From contig JACOQA010000001.1 in the NCBI GenBank assembly GCA_014297435.1, forward strand, positions 160,001 through 224,000: a DNA stretch of 64,000 nucleotides, read 5' to 3'. The translations under genes were made by a program, and so were the position numbers. Shown here piece by piece: positions 19,863-29,153 of the stretch. Numbering within the stretch: position 1 is the stretch's first letter; each line of letters opens with the position of its first letter. The DNA is from Candidatus Nanohaloarchaea archaeon (GTDB taxonomy: Archaea > Nanohalarchaeota > Nanosalinia > Nanosalinales > Nanosalinaceae). The notes beneath the pieces were generated by a model, which saw nothing but the letters and a program-made list of their open reading frames with translations, searched no databases and was not told the origin of the DNA.

Positions 19863-19910
19863 AACGGTTGAACCTCGTAGAACAAATAAATTGGAGAGTA
19901 AAAAATGATT

Positions 19911-20084
19911 TTACTCGTCTGTGTCGCCGCTTCTCCAGTGGCGGGACTTTCTTGGCTTGATAGACTTCTGTCTTGCCTTGTCCATTCCGAACGCTTTGAG
20001 TGAAACCCAGCGTGGTGCGGATTTGGCTGATTTGTTTGCTTTAGCTAGACGCTTCTTCTTTCCTTTCGACTTGTTTGAACTCAT
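19911..20084 (-). CDS. rpl39e: 50S ribosomal protein L39e (not in ORF track)
   Basis: hand translation MSSNKSKGKKKRLAKANKSAKSAPRWVSLKAFGMDKARQKSIKPRKSRHWRSGDTDE; expected synteny. Confidence 0.92.
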   Translation of the reverse strand: MSSNKSKGKKKRLAKANKSAKSAPRWVSLKAFGMDKARQKSIKPRKSRHWRSGDTDE

Positions 20085-20096
20085 AGTATCTTCTTT

Positions 20097-20417
20097 TCAC
20101 CTTCTGAATTTTATATCTGATTCGTCTTTGTCGTCTTGAATCTGTTTAAGGATCTGTTTCATCCTTTCGTCCGTGACCTTGCTTATCCGACCTTTCTCGC
20201 CGAGCATCGTTATCTGCCGTGCAACAGACAATGCCAGATCTTCTTTAACAGCCTTGATGTTTGAAAGCCTGTCTTTCGCATCACTTGTCATATATTTCCT
20301 GGCTCGAGACCAGACCTGTTGTTTCTGCTGTTCTGCTGCTTCTTCACGAGCTTCTTCCTGTCCCTGAAGTTCCTTCCTCTTCTGTTCTCTCAGTTCTTCA
20401 AGCTCGTCGTCATCCAT
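20097..20417 (-). CDS. PDCD5/MTH1615-like DNA-binding protein
   Basis: ELEELREQKRKELQ, MTSDAKDRLSNIKAVK, IKFRR end; synteny. Confidence 0.9.
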   Translation of the reverse strand: MDDDELEELREQKRKELQGQEEAREEAAEQQKQQVWSRARKYMTSDAKDRLSNIKAVKEDLALSVARQITMLGEKGRISKVTDERMKQILKQIQDDKDESDIKFRR

Positions 20418-20423
20418 CGTACT

Positions 20424-20831
20424 TTATTCGACGGTGTTAGCCCTTGCGTCCAGGAAGCTCTTTCCTTTCTCCGTGATCTTCCGACCTTCTCCTTCTTCCT
20501 CTTCAACAAGTCCTGCGTCTTCAAGGTTCTGGAGAGCTGTACGGATTACTTTCCCGGATGCCTTCGAATGATGCTCCGGTGCGTGACCGTTGTTCTTGTT
20601 TGTGCCGTAGATAGTTCTAAGCTTTGAAACGCCTAGAGGTCCTTCCATATAGATTCTTCTTAGGATCGCGGCACTTCTAATGTAGTACCAGTTTTCCTGC
20701 TGTGGAGGTTTCTCCTTTCCAACTCCTGTCTTTACGTAGTCGGTCCAGTCAGGTTCTTCAAACTCTTCTTCAAGATCTTTTGCAGCTTCCTTGATCAGGG
20801 GCTCTGCTTTTACGTCATAAGCCGTAGTCAT
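20424..20831 (-). CDS. rps19e: 30S ribosomal protein S19e
   Basis: PDWTDYVKTG, WYYIRSAAILRRIY, SGKVIRTALQNLE. Confidence 0.97.
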   Translation of the reverse strand: MTTAYDVKAEPLIKEAAKDLEEEFEEPDWTDYVKTGVGKEKPPQQENWYYIRSAAILRRIYMEGPLGVSKLRTIYGTNKNNGHAPEHHSKASGKVIRTALQNLEDAGLVEEEEGEGRKITEKGKSFLDARANTVE

Positions 20832-20879
20832 ACACATTCAATCTAAAGATAAACTTTTAAATGTGGGAACAGAAGGCAG

Positions 20880-22058
20880 TTAGATCTCGATCATCTCATG
20901 TCTGGCAATTAGAAATAACAGAACTGAGCCGCCCACAACAACTGTAACCCCTAAAACTGAAAGCGCCTGTGTTACCGAGTAGACATCTGAGATTAATCCT
21001 ATGCCTGGCATGAGAGCTGCTTGCAGAAGCCTTCCTACCAAGCTCTGTGTCGAGAGTATGGTGGAACGGTTCTCTGAATCAACAATTTTGTTGATGTAAT
21101 CGGATATAACTGGCTTTGAGAATCCTCGTACGAACTGCTGTAGGAAGACAAAGCCGAAGGCGAAGATAAAGACGAAGCTTGACATTAAAGCCAAGCTAGC
21201 GGTTAAAAAGAACATAAGGCTGACGAGTGATAGCGTCATTCCAAGTCTATCCTCTATGGCATGAGCGTACTTTGAAGCTCCTGCGGAAACTACGTTAAAA
21301 CCTGCAAATATTAAACCAAATGAAGCAACCTGCAGACCCGTAAGCTTGAAATAGGGCTGGTAAAGCCAGAAAGCTGTCTGCAGAGATGCATAGATAAACG
21401 CTCCATAAAGGATCAAAAGTCTTAGATCTTTTGTTCTTGCGACCTCGTTAACTATAGCTTTTAGACCCTTGGTCTCTTCATCGCCCAAATCCTTGTGGTG
21501 TTTCGGCTCCTTTAACGTGTAGGCTACAGGTATCATCGCAGCAATCACAGGTAACTGGGCGTAGAAAGTCCATCGAAGATTAAATTCTCCTATAAACCCT
21601 CCCAATATTGCGGCAGCCGCAGCCGTTATCATGTAGTAGGAGGTGGAACGACCCCATCTCTCCTTGTAAGTATCTTCCTCTCCAAGCTCGACCAGAGTAT
21701 CGTAGAACATAGCTGTGTCCGCACCTGAAACAAGTGAGACTCCTATTGCCCAGATAATCTCGGCCACAAGAAACTCTAGGAAGCCCTGACCAATTGCGTA
21801 GACCCCCATTCCGAGAGTGGCAAACATCGAAGCCGCCACTAAAGTGTTTTTCCTTCCATAGATATCAGCGATGTAGCCAGAAGGCACTTCAAGCATAATA
21901 ACTGAAATGGCAAAGAGCGCCTGTAGAACCATGACTTCGAACATGGAGAGACCGTTCTGCTTCCAGAAGAGAACAATAATAGGTGTCATCAGTAGAGCGC
22001 CGTAAAGCGCTCTGAATATGTAGAGCTTAGGAATATTTGACTCCAGTTCCGCGGTCAT
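20880..22058 (-). CDS. MFS transporter
   Basis: LEVPSGYIADIYGRK motif A, about 12 TM, ENRSTILS. Confidence 0.9.
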   Translation of the reverse strand: MTAELESNIPKLYIFRALYGALLMTPIIVLFWKQNGLSMFEVMVLQALFAISVIMLEVPSGYIADIYGRKNTLVAASMFATLGMGVYAIGQGFLEFLVAEIIWAIGVSLVSGADTAMFYDTLVELGEEDTYKERWGRSTSYYMITAAAAAILGGFIGEFNLRWTFYAQLPVIAAMIPVAYTLKEPKHHKDLGDEETKGLKAIVNEVARTKDLRLLILYGAFIYASLQTAFWLYQPYFKLTGLQVASFGLIFAGFNVVSAGASKYAHAIEDRLGMTLSLVSLMFFLTASLALMSSFVFIFAFGFVFLQQFVRGFSKPVISDYINKIVDSENRSTILSTQSLVGRLLQAALMPGIGLISDVYSVTQALSVLGVTVVVGGSVLLFLIARHEMIEI

Positions 22059-22101
22059 TCAATTGAAATTTAGTAGGAGGGGAAAATAAAAAGAGAGGGC
22101 T

Positions 22102-22851
22102 TTAGGCGTACTCATCAGGAATGTCTGCCCAGCCTAACTCTTCGAGTTTCTCCGCTTCGTATTCTGTGGTGCCACTGACGGCATCGATGTTCGGATCTCC
22201 TCGTTCCATCTGCTGCTTGAGAGTGTTCCCGGCCTTTTTCTTAACTGCCTCGCTTACCTTCTGATAGTCGTTGAGCTCATCTATCACAGCTCCTCCCAGT
22301 CCAAGGGTGTAGCCTTCCGGTCTTTCGTCTCCTTCCTGTACATAATCGGTGAACTCTTTCATCACGCCAGGTGTAGAAGTCACGTTTGTGTGTGCTACTG
22401 TCTCATCGCCGTCCTTGAGTTCGACTCTTTGAAGGTTGCTGTGCATAGAGTCTCTTATAGCTCTCTCGAGTCCAGCGGTTACCTTGTAGAATGCTTCCCC
22501 GACCATATTCTCATCCATGGCTTCATCAACGGCTTCATCATAAAGTTCATCTACTTCGCCGATATCTACTTCGAGTTCGCTGGCAGTAGATCCTACGTTA
22601 CCGGCTTTTAGATCTATTGCTGAGTCGCTTATCCGCTCGCTATAACCTTCGATCTCATTATCGTTAATACCGGTTCTCCATGATTCTACATCGTTGTAAA
22701 GTTTGTTTGCGAATCTTGCTTCGACGCTGTCGTACTTTGTCTCTCCGGTTCTTTCGGTAAAGAGATCTTCGACTGCAGTATCGTGTTCTTTTTCTAGAAG
22801 TGTTTCGTCATCTGTGAAGTCGTCAACGTAGTCTCGTATTTTATCGAACAT
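22102..22851 (-). CDS. acidic hypothetical protein
   Basis: 249 aa ORF with own AT-rich promoter region. Confidence 0.7.
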   Translation of the reverse strand: MFDKIRDYVDDFTDDETLLEKEHDTAVEDLFTERTGETKYDSVEARFANKLYNDVESWRTGINDNEIEGYSERISDSAIDLKAGNVGSTASELEVDIGEVDELYDEAVDEAMDENMVGEAFYKVTAGLERAIRDSMHSNLQRVELKDGDETVAHTNVTSTPGVMKEFTDYVQEGDERPEGYTLGLGGAVIDELNDYQKVSEAVKKKAGNTLKQQMERGDPNIDAVSGTTEYEAEKLEELGWADIPDEYA

Positions 22852-22909
22852 GTGTTGTTACTAGTAAGAAATAATTAAAAAAGTGGTGCTCTTGGGAGCC
22901 CGCCAACTC

Positions 22910-24835
22910 TCAGTTGAGGAAGTCGGTTCTGAGTTTCTTCTCCTCAACTTCATCTCTCAACCTCTCTCTGAACTCTTCGACGCTGATATCACTTTCTTCA
23001 CGCTCCTTTCTGTCCCGGACTGAAAGGTTTCCTGCTTCTTCCTCATCGTCTCCAAGGATCAGCATGTAAGGAACGTTGTCGTCGTGAGCTGCCTGAATCT
23101 TCTTCCCGACAGTCCACGAACGGCTCTCTATCTCTACCCGGAAGTCGTCAAGCTCTTCCTGGATTTCCCGTGCATAATTAATGTTGTCGTCCGTAACAGG
23201 AAGGATCCTTACCTGTTCAGGAGCTAACCACGTCGGGAAGTCTCCTGCGAAGTGCTCGATCATTACTCCCATGAAGCGTTCGATGCTTCCGAGGATCGCT
23301 CTGTGAAGCATGACTGGATAGTGCTCTTCGTTGTCTTTACCAACGTACTTGAGACCGTAGTTTCTCGGAATAACAAAGTCGAGTTGAACTGTTCCTAGTT
23401 GCCATTCACGTCCAATCGCGTCCTCTACTTCTACGCCGATCTTAGGTCCGTAGAAAGCACCTTCTTCAGGTTTAATCTCGTAATCATCTACTTTTTCCTC
23501 TAAAGCATTTTTCAGGGCTGTTTCTGCCTCATCCCATAGCTCGTCCGGGCCCTGGGCTTTTGGAGGCTTTGTCTCCATTATGAAGTTGACCTCGAAACCA
23601 AACTCGTCGTACATCTCAATAATCTTCTCGAGGTGTGCTTTTACCTCTTCCTCGATCTGGTCTTTACGCATGTAGGCGTGTCCATCGTCCTGCGTCAGAA
23701 CACGGACTCTTAGAAGACCGGAAAGCTCTCCGCTCTGTTCATTACGGTTGACGGTTCCGAATTCGGAAAGCTTGATTGGAAGCTCTTTGTAGCTTCTCTT
23801 GTCACTGTCGAAGATATGGCTGTGGTTCGCACAGTTCATCGGTTTCAGACCGTACTCGGTGTCGTCTTGTTCCCAGGCAAACATCTCGCCTTCTTCCTTG
23901 AAGGCTTCGTAGTGACCTGTCTTCTTCCAAAGTTCGGCTTTGTTCAGTTCTGGTGTCCAGACCTCTTCGTAACCGAGTTCTTTGTTCTTCTCACGGATGT
24001 ACTCTTCCAGCTCTCTCCTGATTGTCATGCCGGCACGATGGTAGTGAGGCGCTCCCGGAGCGTGTTCGGGTACGGAGAATAGATCCATCTCCTTCCCGAT
24101 CTTTCTGTGGTCGCGTTTCTCGGCCTCCCTCTTCTTTTCAAGGAAGTCTTCAAGTTTTGACTCTGTCGGGAATGCTGTTCCATAAACTCTTGTCAGCATC
24201 TCGTTTTCTTCATCTCCTCTCCAGTAAGCTCCGGCAATCTCCAGAAGCTTGAAACCTTCTACTTCGCCTGTCGAGGAGACGTGAGGTCCTTTACACAGGT
24301 CCTTGAACTCTCCCTGTTTATAGAAAGAAACCTCGTCGCCTTCACCGGCTTCGTTATTCAGAATCTCTCTTTTGTATTCGTTGTCTTCAAAGAACTCTTC
24401 TGCTTCTTCACGTGGAAGCATCTCTCTTTCGATTTCAAGGTTTTCTTCCACTATCTTCTGCATCTCTTCCTCTATCTCCTCGAAGTCTTCCTCCTCGATC
24501 TCGATCCCTTCAATATCGTAGTAGAAGCCTTCGTCAGTCCAAGGTCCGATTGTCAGTTTTACGTCGTCGCCGTAGATTCTCTTGAGTGCCTGCGCAAATA
24601 CGTGGGCTGCGGAGTGTCTTAGAACCTGGATATATTCATCGCTCTGATCCGTAACTATCTCTATCTCATCTCCTTCTGACACGTTCTCTTCTTTCGCAAC
24701 CAGCTCGCTGTTGATCTTTCCTGCTACGGTATCGTCGCCGAGACCTGTACCTATCTCGTACGCTACATCTTCGATTGTTGCGTGTTCTTCGACCTCTAGC
24801 TCGGATCCGTCCGGAAGTTCCACTTGAATGCTCAT
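22910..24835 (-). CDS. thrS: threonyl-tRNA synthetase, bacterial type (TGS + editing domain)
   Basis: LRHSAAHVFAQA, DLCKGPHV, LKPMNC, RNEQSGELSGLLRVR, MLHRAILGSIERF. Confidence 0.98.
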   Translation of the reverse strand: MSIQVELPDGSELEVEEHATIEDVAYEIGTGLGDDTVAGKINSELVAKEENVSEGDEIEIVTDQSDEYIQVLRHSAAHVFAQALKRIYGDDVKLTIGPWTDEGFYYDIEGIEIEEEDFEEIEEEMQKIVEENLEIEREMLPREEAEEFFEDNEYKREILNNEAGEGDEVSFYKQGEFKDLCKGPHVSSTGEVEGFKLLEIAGAYWRGDEENEMLTRVYGTAFPTESKLEDFLEKKREAEKRDHRKIGKEMDLFSVPEHAPGAPHYHRAGMTIRRELEEYIREKNKELGYEEVWTPELNKAELWKKTGHYEAFKEEGEMFAWEQDDTEYGLKPMNCANHSHIFDSDKRSYKELPIKLSEFGTVNRNEQSGELSGLLRVRVLTQDDGHAYMRKDQIEEEVKAHLEKIIEMYDEFGFEVNFIMETKPPKAQGPDELWDEAETALKNALEEKVDDYEIKPEEGAFYGPKIGVEVEDAIGREWQLGTVQLDFVIPRNYGLKYVGKDNEEHYPVMLHRAILGSIERFMGVMIEHFAGDFPTWLAPEQVRILPVTDDNINYAREIQEELDDFRVEIESRSWTVGKKIQAAHDDNVPYMLILGDDEEEAGNLSVRDRKEREESDISVEEFRERLRDEVEEKKLRTDFLN

Positions 24836-24998
24836 AACGCTTCACTTCGGAGAGAACTATTTAAACGGTTTTGAGTGCAGCTGCGACTACAGCTGTAGAA
24901 GTTCAACTTGCGACGGGGTAAAACATCCACCCTTCATAATTGATCAAGTATTATTGGATGTCTGAACAGTTAATAATCTTCCCCGACCCTTTATCGGT

Positions 24999-25511
24999 AT
25001 GATCAAAGTTCTCCGCCTCGGACACCGTGCAGGAAGGGACGACAGGATTTCAACACATGTAGGTCTTACCGCAAGACAGTGGGGTGCCGATGAAATTGTC
25101 TATTCGGGACAGCACGACTCAAGCATGATGCAGAGCGTCGAAGACATAGTTGAACGCTGGGGCGGAGACTTCACTGTAAGATATACAGAAGAGTGGAAGA
25201 AAGAGATAAGAGATTTTGAAGGTCTGAAATTCCACTTGACGATGTACGGAGAGAGAATCGATGATAAGATAGCTGAAATAAACGATGACTTAGATGAGAA
25301 GGACTTGATGATTATAGTTGGCGCAGAGAAGGTTCCTAGATGGGTTTACACACATGTTGACTTGAATATTTCTGTCGGAAACCAGCCTCACAGCGAGATA
25401 GCGGCGTTAGCGGTCTTTATGGATCGTGTAACCGAGATAAAAGATAGTTTTGAGGGGGCGGAGATAGAGGTAGAGCCAAGTGAGGATAGAAAGTTGACGG
25501 AGAAAAAGTAG
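24999..25511 (+). CDS. trm56: tRNA C56 2'-O-methyltransferase aTrm56
   Basis: LRLGHR..RDDRISTHVGLTAR, HLTMYG, VGAEKVP, NQPHSEIAALA. Confidence 0.96.
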   Translation: MIKVLRLGHRAGRDDRISTHVGLTARQWGADEIVYSGQHDSSMMQSVEDIVERWGGDFTVRYTEEWKKEIRDFEGLKFHLTMYGERIDDKIAEINDDLDEKDLMIIVGAEKVPRWVYTHVDLNISVGNQPHSEIAALAVFMDRVTEIKDSFEGAEIEVEPSEDRKLTEKK

Positions 25512-26426
25512 TTATTCCGGTCTATGCGGTTTAACCTCGAACTTCTTGCCGTCTTCTGCTAACTCCGAGTTTTCAAACACTTCTCTAGATTCTTCCAGCA
25601 GTTCACTTTCTTTGCCGTTCCTAAATCTCCTCGATAGATGGGTCATAATCAATTTTTCTACGTCCGCTTCTTCAGCTATTTCTGCTGCCTGTTTTGCTGA
25701 TGTATGCCCTTTCCGATCTTCAATCATTTCGTGTAGACAGGTAGCTTCGTGAATCAAAAGGTCGGCATTTTCTGCGTTATCTATCATGTTTTCACATTTT
25801 GCAGTGTCGCCTGAGTAAACAATTTTCCGACCAGGAACTTTTTCCACGACTTCTTCCGGCTTAATTGTTTCTCCATCGTGTTCAACCGATTCGCCGTTTT
25901 TTAGTTCACCTATTTTTGGTGAGGCTTCGAGCCCTAGTTCTTTCATTTTTTCTTTGTTGGCTTTCACAGTTTCTTCTTCCCTGAATGTGAATCCAAAGGC
26001 GTTTATGCCGTGTTCGACCTCGAAAGGTTTTACAGTGTATCCTTCTCCGGCGATTACATCTCCTTCGACAAGATCTTCTACGAATATGTCGTATGAACGG
26101 TTGAAGTAGCCGGTGTCAAGGATTCTGTCGGTGAACTCTTCTGTTCTTGGCGGTCCGTAGATGTAGAGAGGTTTTTCTCTTCCTTCCATCTCAAGTGTCT
26201 GGATTAGTCCTAGTAATCCTGAGAAGTGGTCTGCGTGCCAGTGTGAGATAAAGACTTTGTCTATCTTCATTAGTCCCATCTTGTGCTTCATCAGGTTTCT
26301 CTGTGTTCCTTCGCCGCAGTCAAAAAGTATTCTTTCGCCCTTGTAGTTTATGAGGTTAGATGCTAGGGCTCTGTCTGCTGTTGGTACTGCGCTTGAGGTG
26401 CCTACGGTCCAGATATCCATATGCAT
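25512..26426 (-). CDS. rnz: ribonuclease Z
   Basis: GTSSAVPT, FDCGEGTQ, SHWHADH, YSGDT, HEAT, THLSRR. Confidence 0.96.
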   Translation of the reverse strand: MHMDIWTVGTSSAVPTADRALASNLINYKGERILFDCGEGTQRNLMKHKMGLMKIDKVFISHWHADHFSGLLGLIQTLEMEGREKPLYIYGPPRTEEFTDRILDTGYFNRSYDIFVEDLVEGDVIAGEGYTVKPFEVEHGINAFGFTFREEETVKANKEKMKELGLEASPKIGELKNGESVEHDGETIKPEEVVEKVPGRKIVYSGDTAKCENMIDNAENADLLIHEATCLHEMIEDRKGHTSAKQAAEIAEEADVEKLIMTHLSRRFRNGKESELLEESREVFENSELAEDGKKFEVKPHRPE

Positions 26427-26494
26427 TTCTTTGGTGTAGGAGTTTTAAGCAGTTGATGAAAAGAAATTTAACTGTCACCTATAGGTCACTATAT

Positions 26495-26905
26495 ATGGGG
26501 TCTAGTGCAGACTTTCCAAGTTCTTCTTCAAACTTCAAACACAGACGTATACGCGCTGAAGGATCCTCCTACATACTGACAGAAGGCAACCTGAATGTCA
26601 AATGCAGATCTGAAAGCGATCTAATAGCCATCACTGACCTTGGTTGTGGAAAAAGCTACGCATCAACTAAATTGACTGACTCAGACTATGGGCTATGGGA
26701 TCCTCTCAAAGAAATGTCAGGTGGGTCTTACGCCGATAAATTAAATGAATTTGGACCCGAAGAAGTGTGGGCTGTAGAGGAAACCAAAAGCGATACTCTG
26801 GAAAAAATGAGAAGCCTACTACTGGACCATGAGGATCCGACATCTATTCTGGAGCCAAAGAGTGAGCCTGTCAGGGCAACAGAAAGGAGCATGAGATATT
26901 ACTGA
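26495..26905 (+). CDS. hypothetical protein
   Basis: ORF from MGSSADF; AT-rich box about 25-30 nt upstream. Confidence 0.55.
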   Translation: MGSSADFPSSSSNFKHRRIRAEGSSYILTEGNLNVKCRSESDLIAITDLGCGKSYASTKLTDSDYGLWDPLKEMSGGSYADKLNEFGPEEVWAVEETKSDTLEKMRSLLLDHEDPTSILEPKSEPVRATERSMRYY

Positions 26906-27822
26906 AGGATGTAGATATATCTGGTAAGGTTTTTGTGAACGTAGATATCGAATTCGGGACTCATCCCATCTAAGTTTTCTTTATCCGACATGAAAATTAT
27001 CTTGCCTTCGGTAAGCTTGGGTGCCGATTCAAGAAATTTCTCTAAGGTTTTTCCGTCCTTCTTCGAAGCTTTTCCATACGGAACATCTGTTACAACAGCA
27101 TCAAATTCCAAATCAAAAATATCCTCTACTTGATTTATACTTCCTTCTCTTATATCATGGTTTAAAATTCCGTAGTCCTCAAGATTCTTTTTTGTTCCCT
27201 CAACCATCGATACCTGTATATCAAGACCGTAAACATCTATACTACATAGTCCTGCCTCGAGAAGTATTCCTCCTGTGCCGCAGAAAGGGTCTAATAATTT
27301 TTCGCCTGTTGAAACTTCTGAAAGATTGACCAAAACTCTGGCTAGAACAGGATCGAGCGAGACAGGAGATGAAAACTCTCTATTTTGGTTCTTCCTTTGA
27401 TTGAAGAGACTTCTATCTATTTCAAGAATCTGTCTTCCTATAACATACTCGTCCTCTAGTATGTAGACCTTGATTACCTCTTCAGGGTTCTCAAGATCTA
27501 CTGAGTTTTTTTTCGTCTTAATTTCACTTCCTAAATTTTTCTCAACTTCTTTAGTATTCTTTTCGCCTGTTAAATCCTCTGCGCGTACAGCAAAACTGTT
27601 TTCTGGTTCATATTCTGTCTCGAGTTTTTTGGAGCGCTCGATTACCTTTGAAACTTCATGTGTTAAAGCAAGCCTTTTGATTTGGGATGGCTCTTTCTTG
27701 GTTAGAGCCAGCCGTTCTTCCCGTTTTGGATCTTCCTCAATTTCTTGAGAGCTGAGAAACCCCTTAAGCTCCGCCTCCGCTAGTTCTAGGTTTTCTCCGG
27801 CAAGAAGATACGCATAAGTCAT
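26899..27822 (-). CDS. trm11: tRNA m2G10 methyltransferase Trm11/TrmG10 (THUMP + MTase)
   Basis: SPVSLDPVLARVLVNL, LDPFCGTGG, TDVPYG, YVHKNLTR. Confidence 0.92.
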   Translation of the reverse strand: MTYAYLLAGENLELAEAELKGFLSSQEIEEDPKREERLALTKKEPSQIKRLALTHEVSKVIERSKKLETEYEPENSFAVRAEDLTGEKNTKEVEKNLGSEIKTKKNSVDLENPEEVIKVYILEDEYVIGRQILEIDRSLFNQRKNQNREFSSPVSLDPVLARVLVNLSEVSTGEKLLDPFCGTGGILLEAGLCSIDVYGLDIQVSMVEGTKKNLEDYGILNHDIREGSINQVEDIFDLEFDAVVTDVPYGKASKKDGKTLEKFLESAPKLTEGKIIFMSDKENLDGMSPEFDIYVHKNLTRYIYILQ

Positions 27823-28823
27823 GGAGCTCCTCCGTTCTTCAGTCCTGTGATCGATATGTAGCCTGCGATAATACCCGGCCAGTACGTGCATAGCCTGTAA
27901 AGAACAGCTGCAGCAACAGCTATACCGGCTTCCCCTGTCACTGCTGGGACAAACGTCGCTATGAGGAAAGCCATGGTTGCTTCGAAAGCACCAGAGCCTC
28001 CGGGGGTAGGAGTAAAGTTGGCTAGACCGGATATAACAATTACAAAGTATAGAGGAGTGAAATCAGGGTCTATACCAAGCGATACAAGCACTAAGTACAG
28101 GCAGCCAACTTGTAAAAGAAAGTAGATATGCGTTATTGCTGCTGTCTCGAGCAGATGTCGTGGATTCTCGCCGATAGTATCAAAGGCATTTTCTATTTCA
28201 TCCATTCTTTCATCAACACTTTCTACAATATTTTGTCCTCTTCCTATTGTATCAGAGATTTTCTGAAGAACAGTAACAATTATTCCTTCGACCGTGCCTG
28301 TTCTAAACCAGAGGGCGTATACAAGAGGACCACCTATAGCTATAATCATGAATGCAGCGTATACGGCTTGAAGCATCAGGTTGTTTATTGAACCGAAAAG
28401 AAGTAGGAAACCAGCCCCTCCAAGGATAAAGGTGAGGGTAGGCATTCCGTTGATAATATCTGCTGATAAAACTGTCGAAAAAGCCTTCTCGTAGGATAGA
28501 TCGGTATTTCTCTTGATTATGTAGGCCATGAATGGCTCTCCGCCGAACTGTCCGAGCGGTGTTATCGAGTTCATGAACTCTCCGGCCATGAATAGTCTGA
28601 AGGAGCTAATTCTTGAGATGTCCAAACCTGTTTTATTTAGGAATTCGTGCCAGGTGTTGGACAGAATAATAAACACAGAGAATCCGAGAATCAATGCCAA
28701 AAACACAAACTTAAGGTCTGCAGAACTTAGAGCATCGATGACCTTGTTTATATCCGCAACATATACCATTGCCACAAGAATTAAAGTGGCGACACCATAC
28801 CAAAGCAAGTTCTTAGTATCCAT
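27819..28823 (-). CDS. LPG synthase TM domain / flippase-like membrane protein (UPF0104)
   Basis: NSITPLGQFGGEP, PTPGGSGAFE, LYRLCTYW. Confidence 0.88.
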   Translation of the reverse strand: MDTKNLLWYGVATLILVAMVYVADINKVIDALSSADLKFVFLALILGFSVFIILSNTWHEFLNKTGLDISRISSFRLFMAGEFMNSITPLGQFGGEPFMAYIIKRNTDLSYEKAFSTVLSADIINGMPTLTFILGGAGFLLLFGSINNLMLQAVYAAFMIIAIGGPLVYALWFRTGTVEGIIVTVLQKISDTIGRGQNIVESVDERMDEIENAFDTIGENPRHLLETAAITHIYFLLQVGCLYLVLVSLGIDPDFTPLYFVIVISGLANFTPTPGGSGAFEATMAFLIATFVPAVTGEAGIAVAAAVLYRLCTYWPGIIAGYISITGLKNGGAP

Positions 28824-29097
28824 AGCGATTCACCTCACCGCAGTTCGCACATATGTAATTTACCTCTTGTTTTTTAGAATCAATCCGTACCTTACAGTTC
28901 TTTCCTGGCTTAAGATATGAATTACAACTAGAACACATCCTTCTTCTCAGTTCGGAAGGCAGTGGGACGTTTTGGCTCATCCCTATCTTTCTAGCAAGCT
29001 CAATATAACGGTTTGAAAGCTCGGTGTTTTCGGGGAAACGTCTTTCGGCTAGCTCGAAAAGTCTTCGAATACGTTCCTCCGCAATCCGCTGCTCCAT
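28813..29097 (-). CDS. rnp4: RNase P protein Rpp21
   Basis: IAEERIRRLF, RYIELARKIG, CSSC...CANCG Zn ribbon. Confidence 0.95.
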   Translation of the reverse strand: MEQRIAEERIRRLFELAERRFPENTELSNRYIELARKIGMSQNVPLPSELRRRMCSSCNSYLKPGKNCKVRIDSKKQEVNYICANCGEVNRYGY

Positions 29098-29153
29098 AAT
29101 GCCAATTTTTCCGGACAGTTTTTTAGAGTGTCTTCCTCATAGGGATTTAGTCG

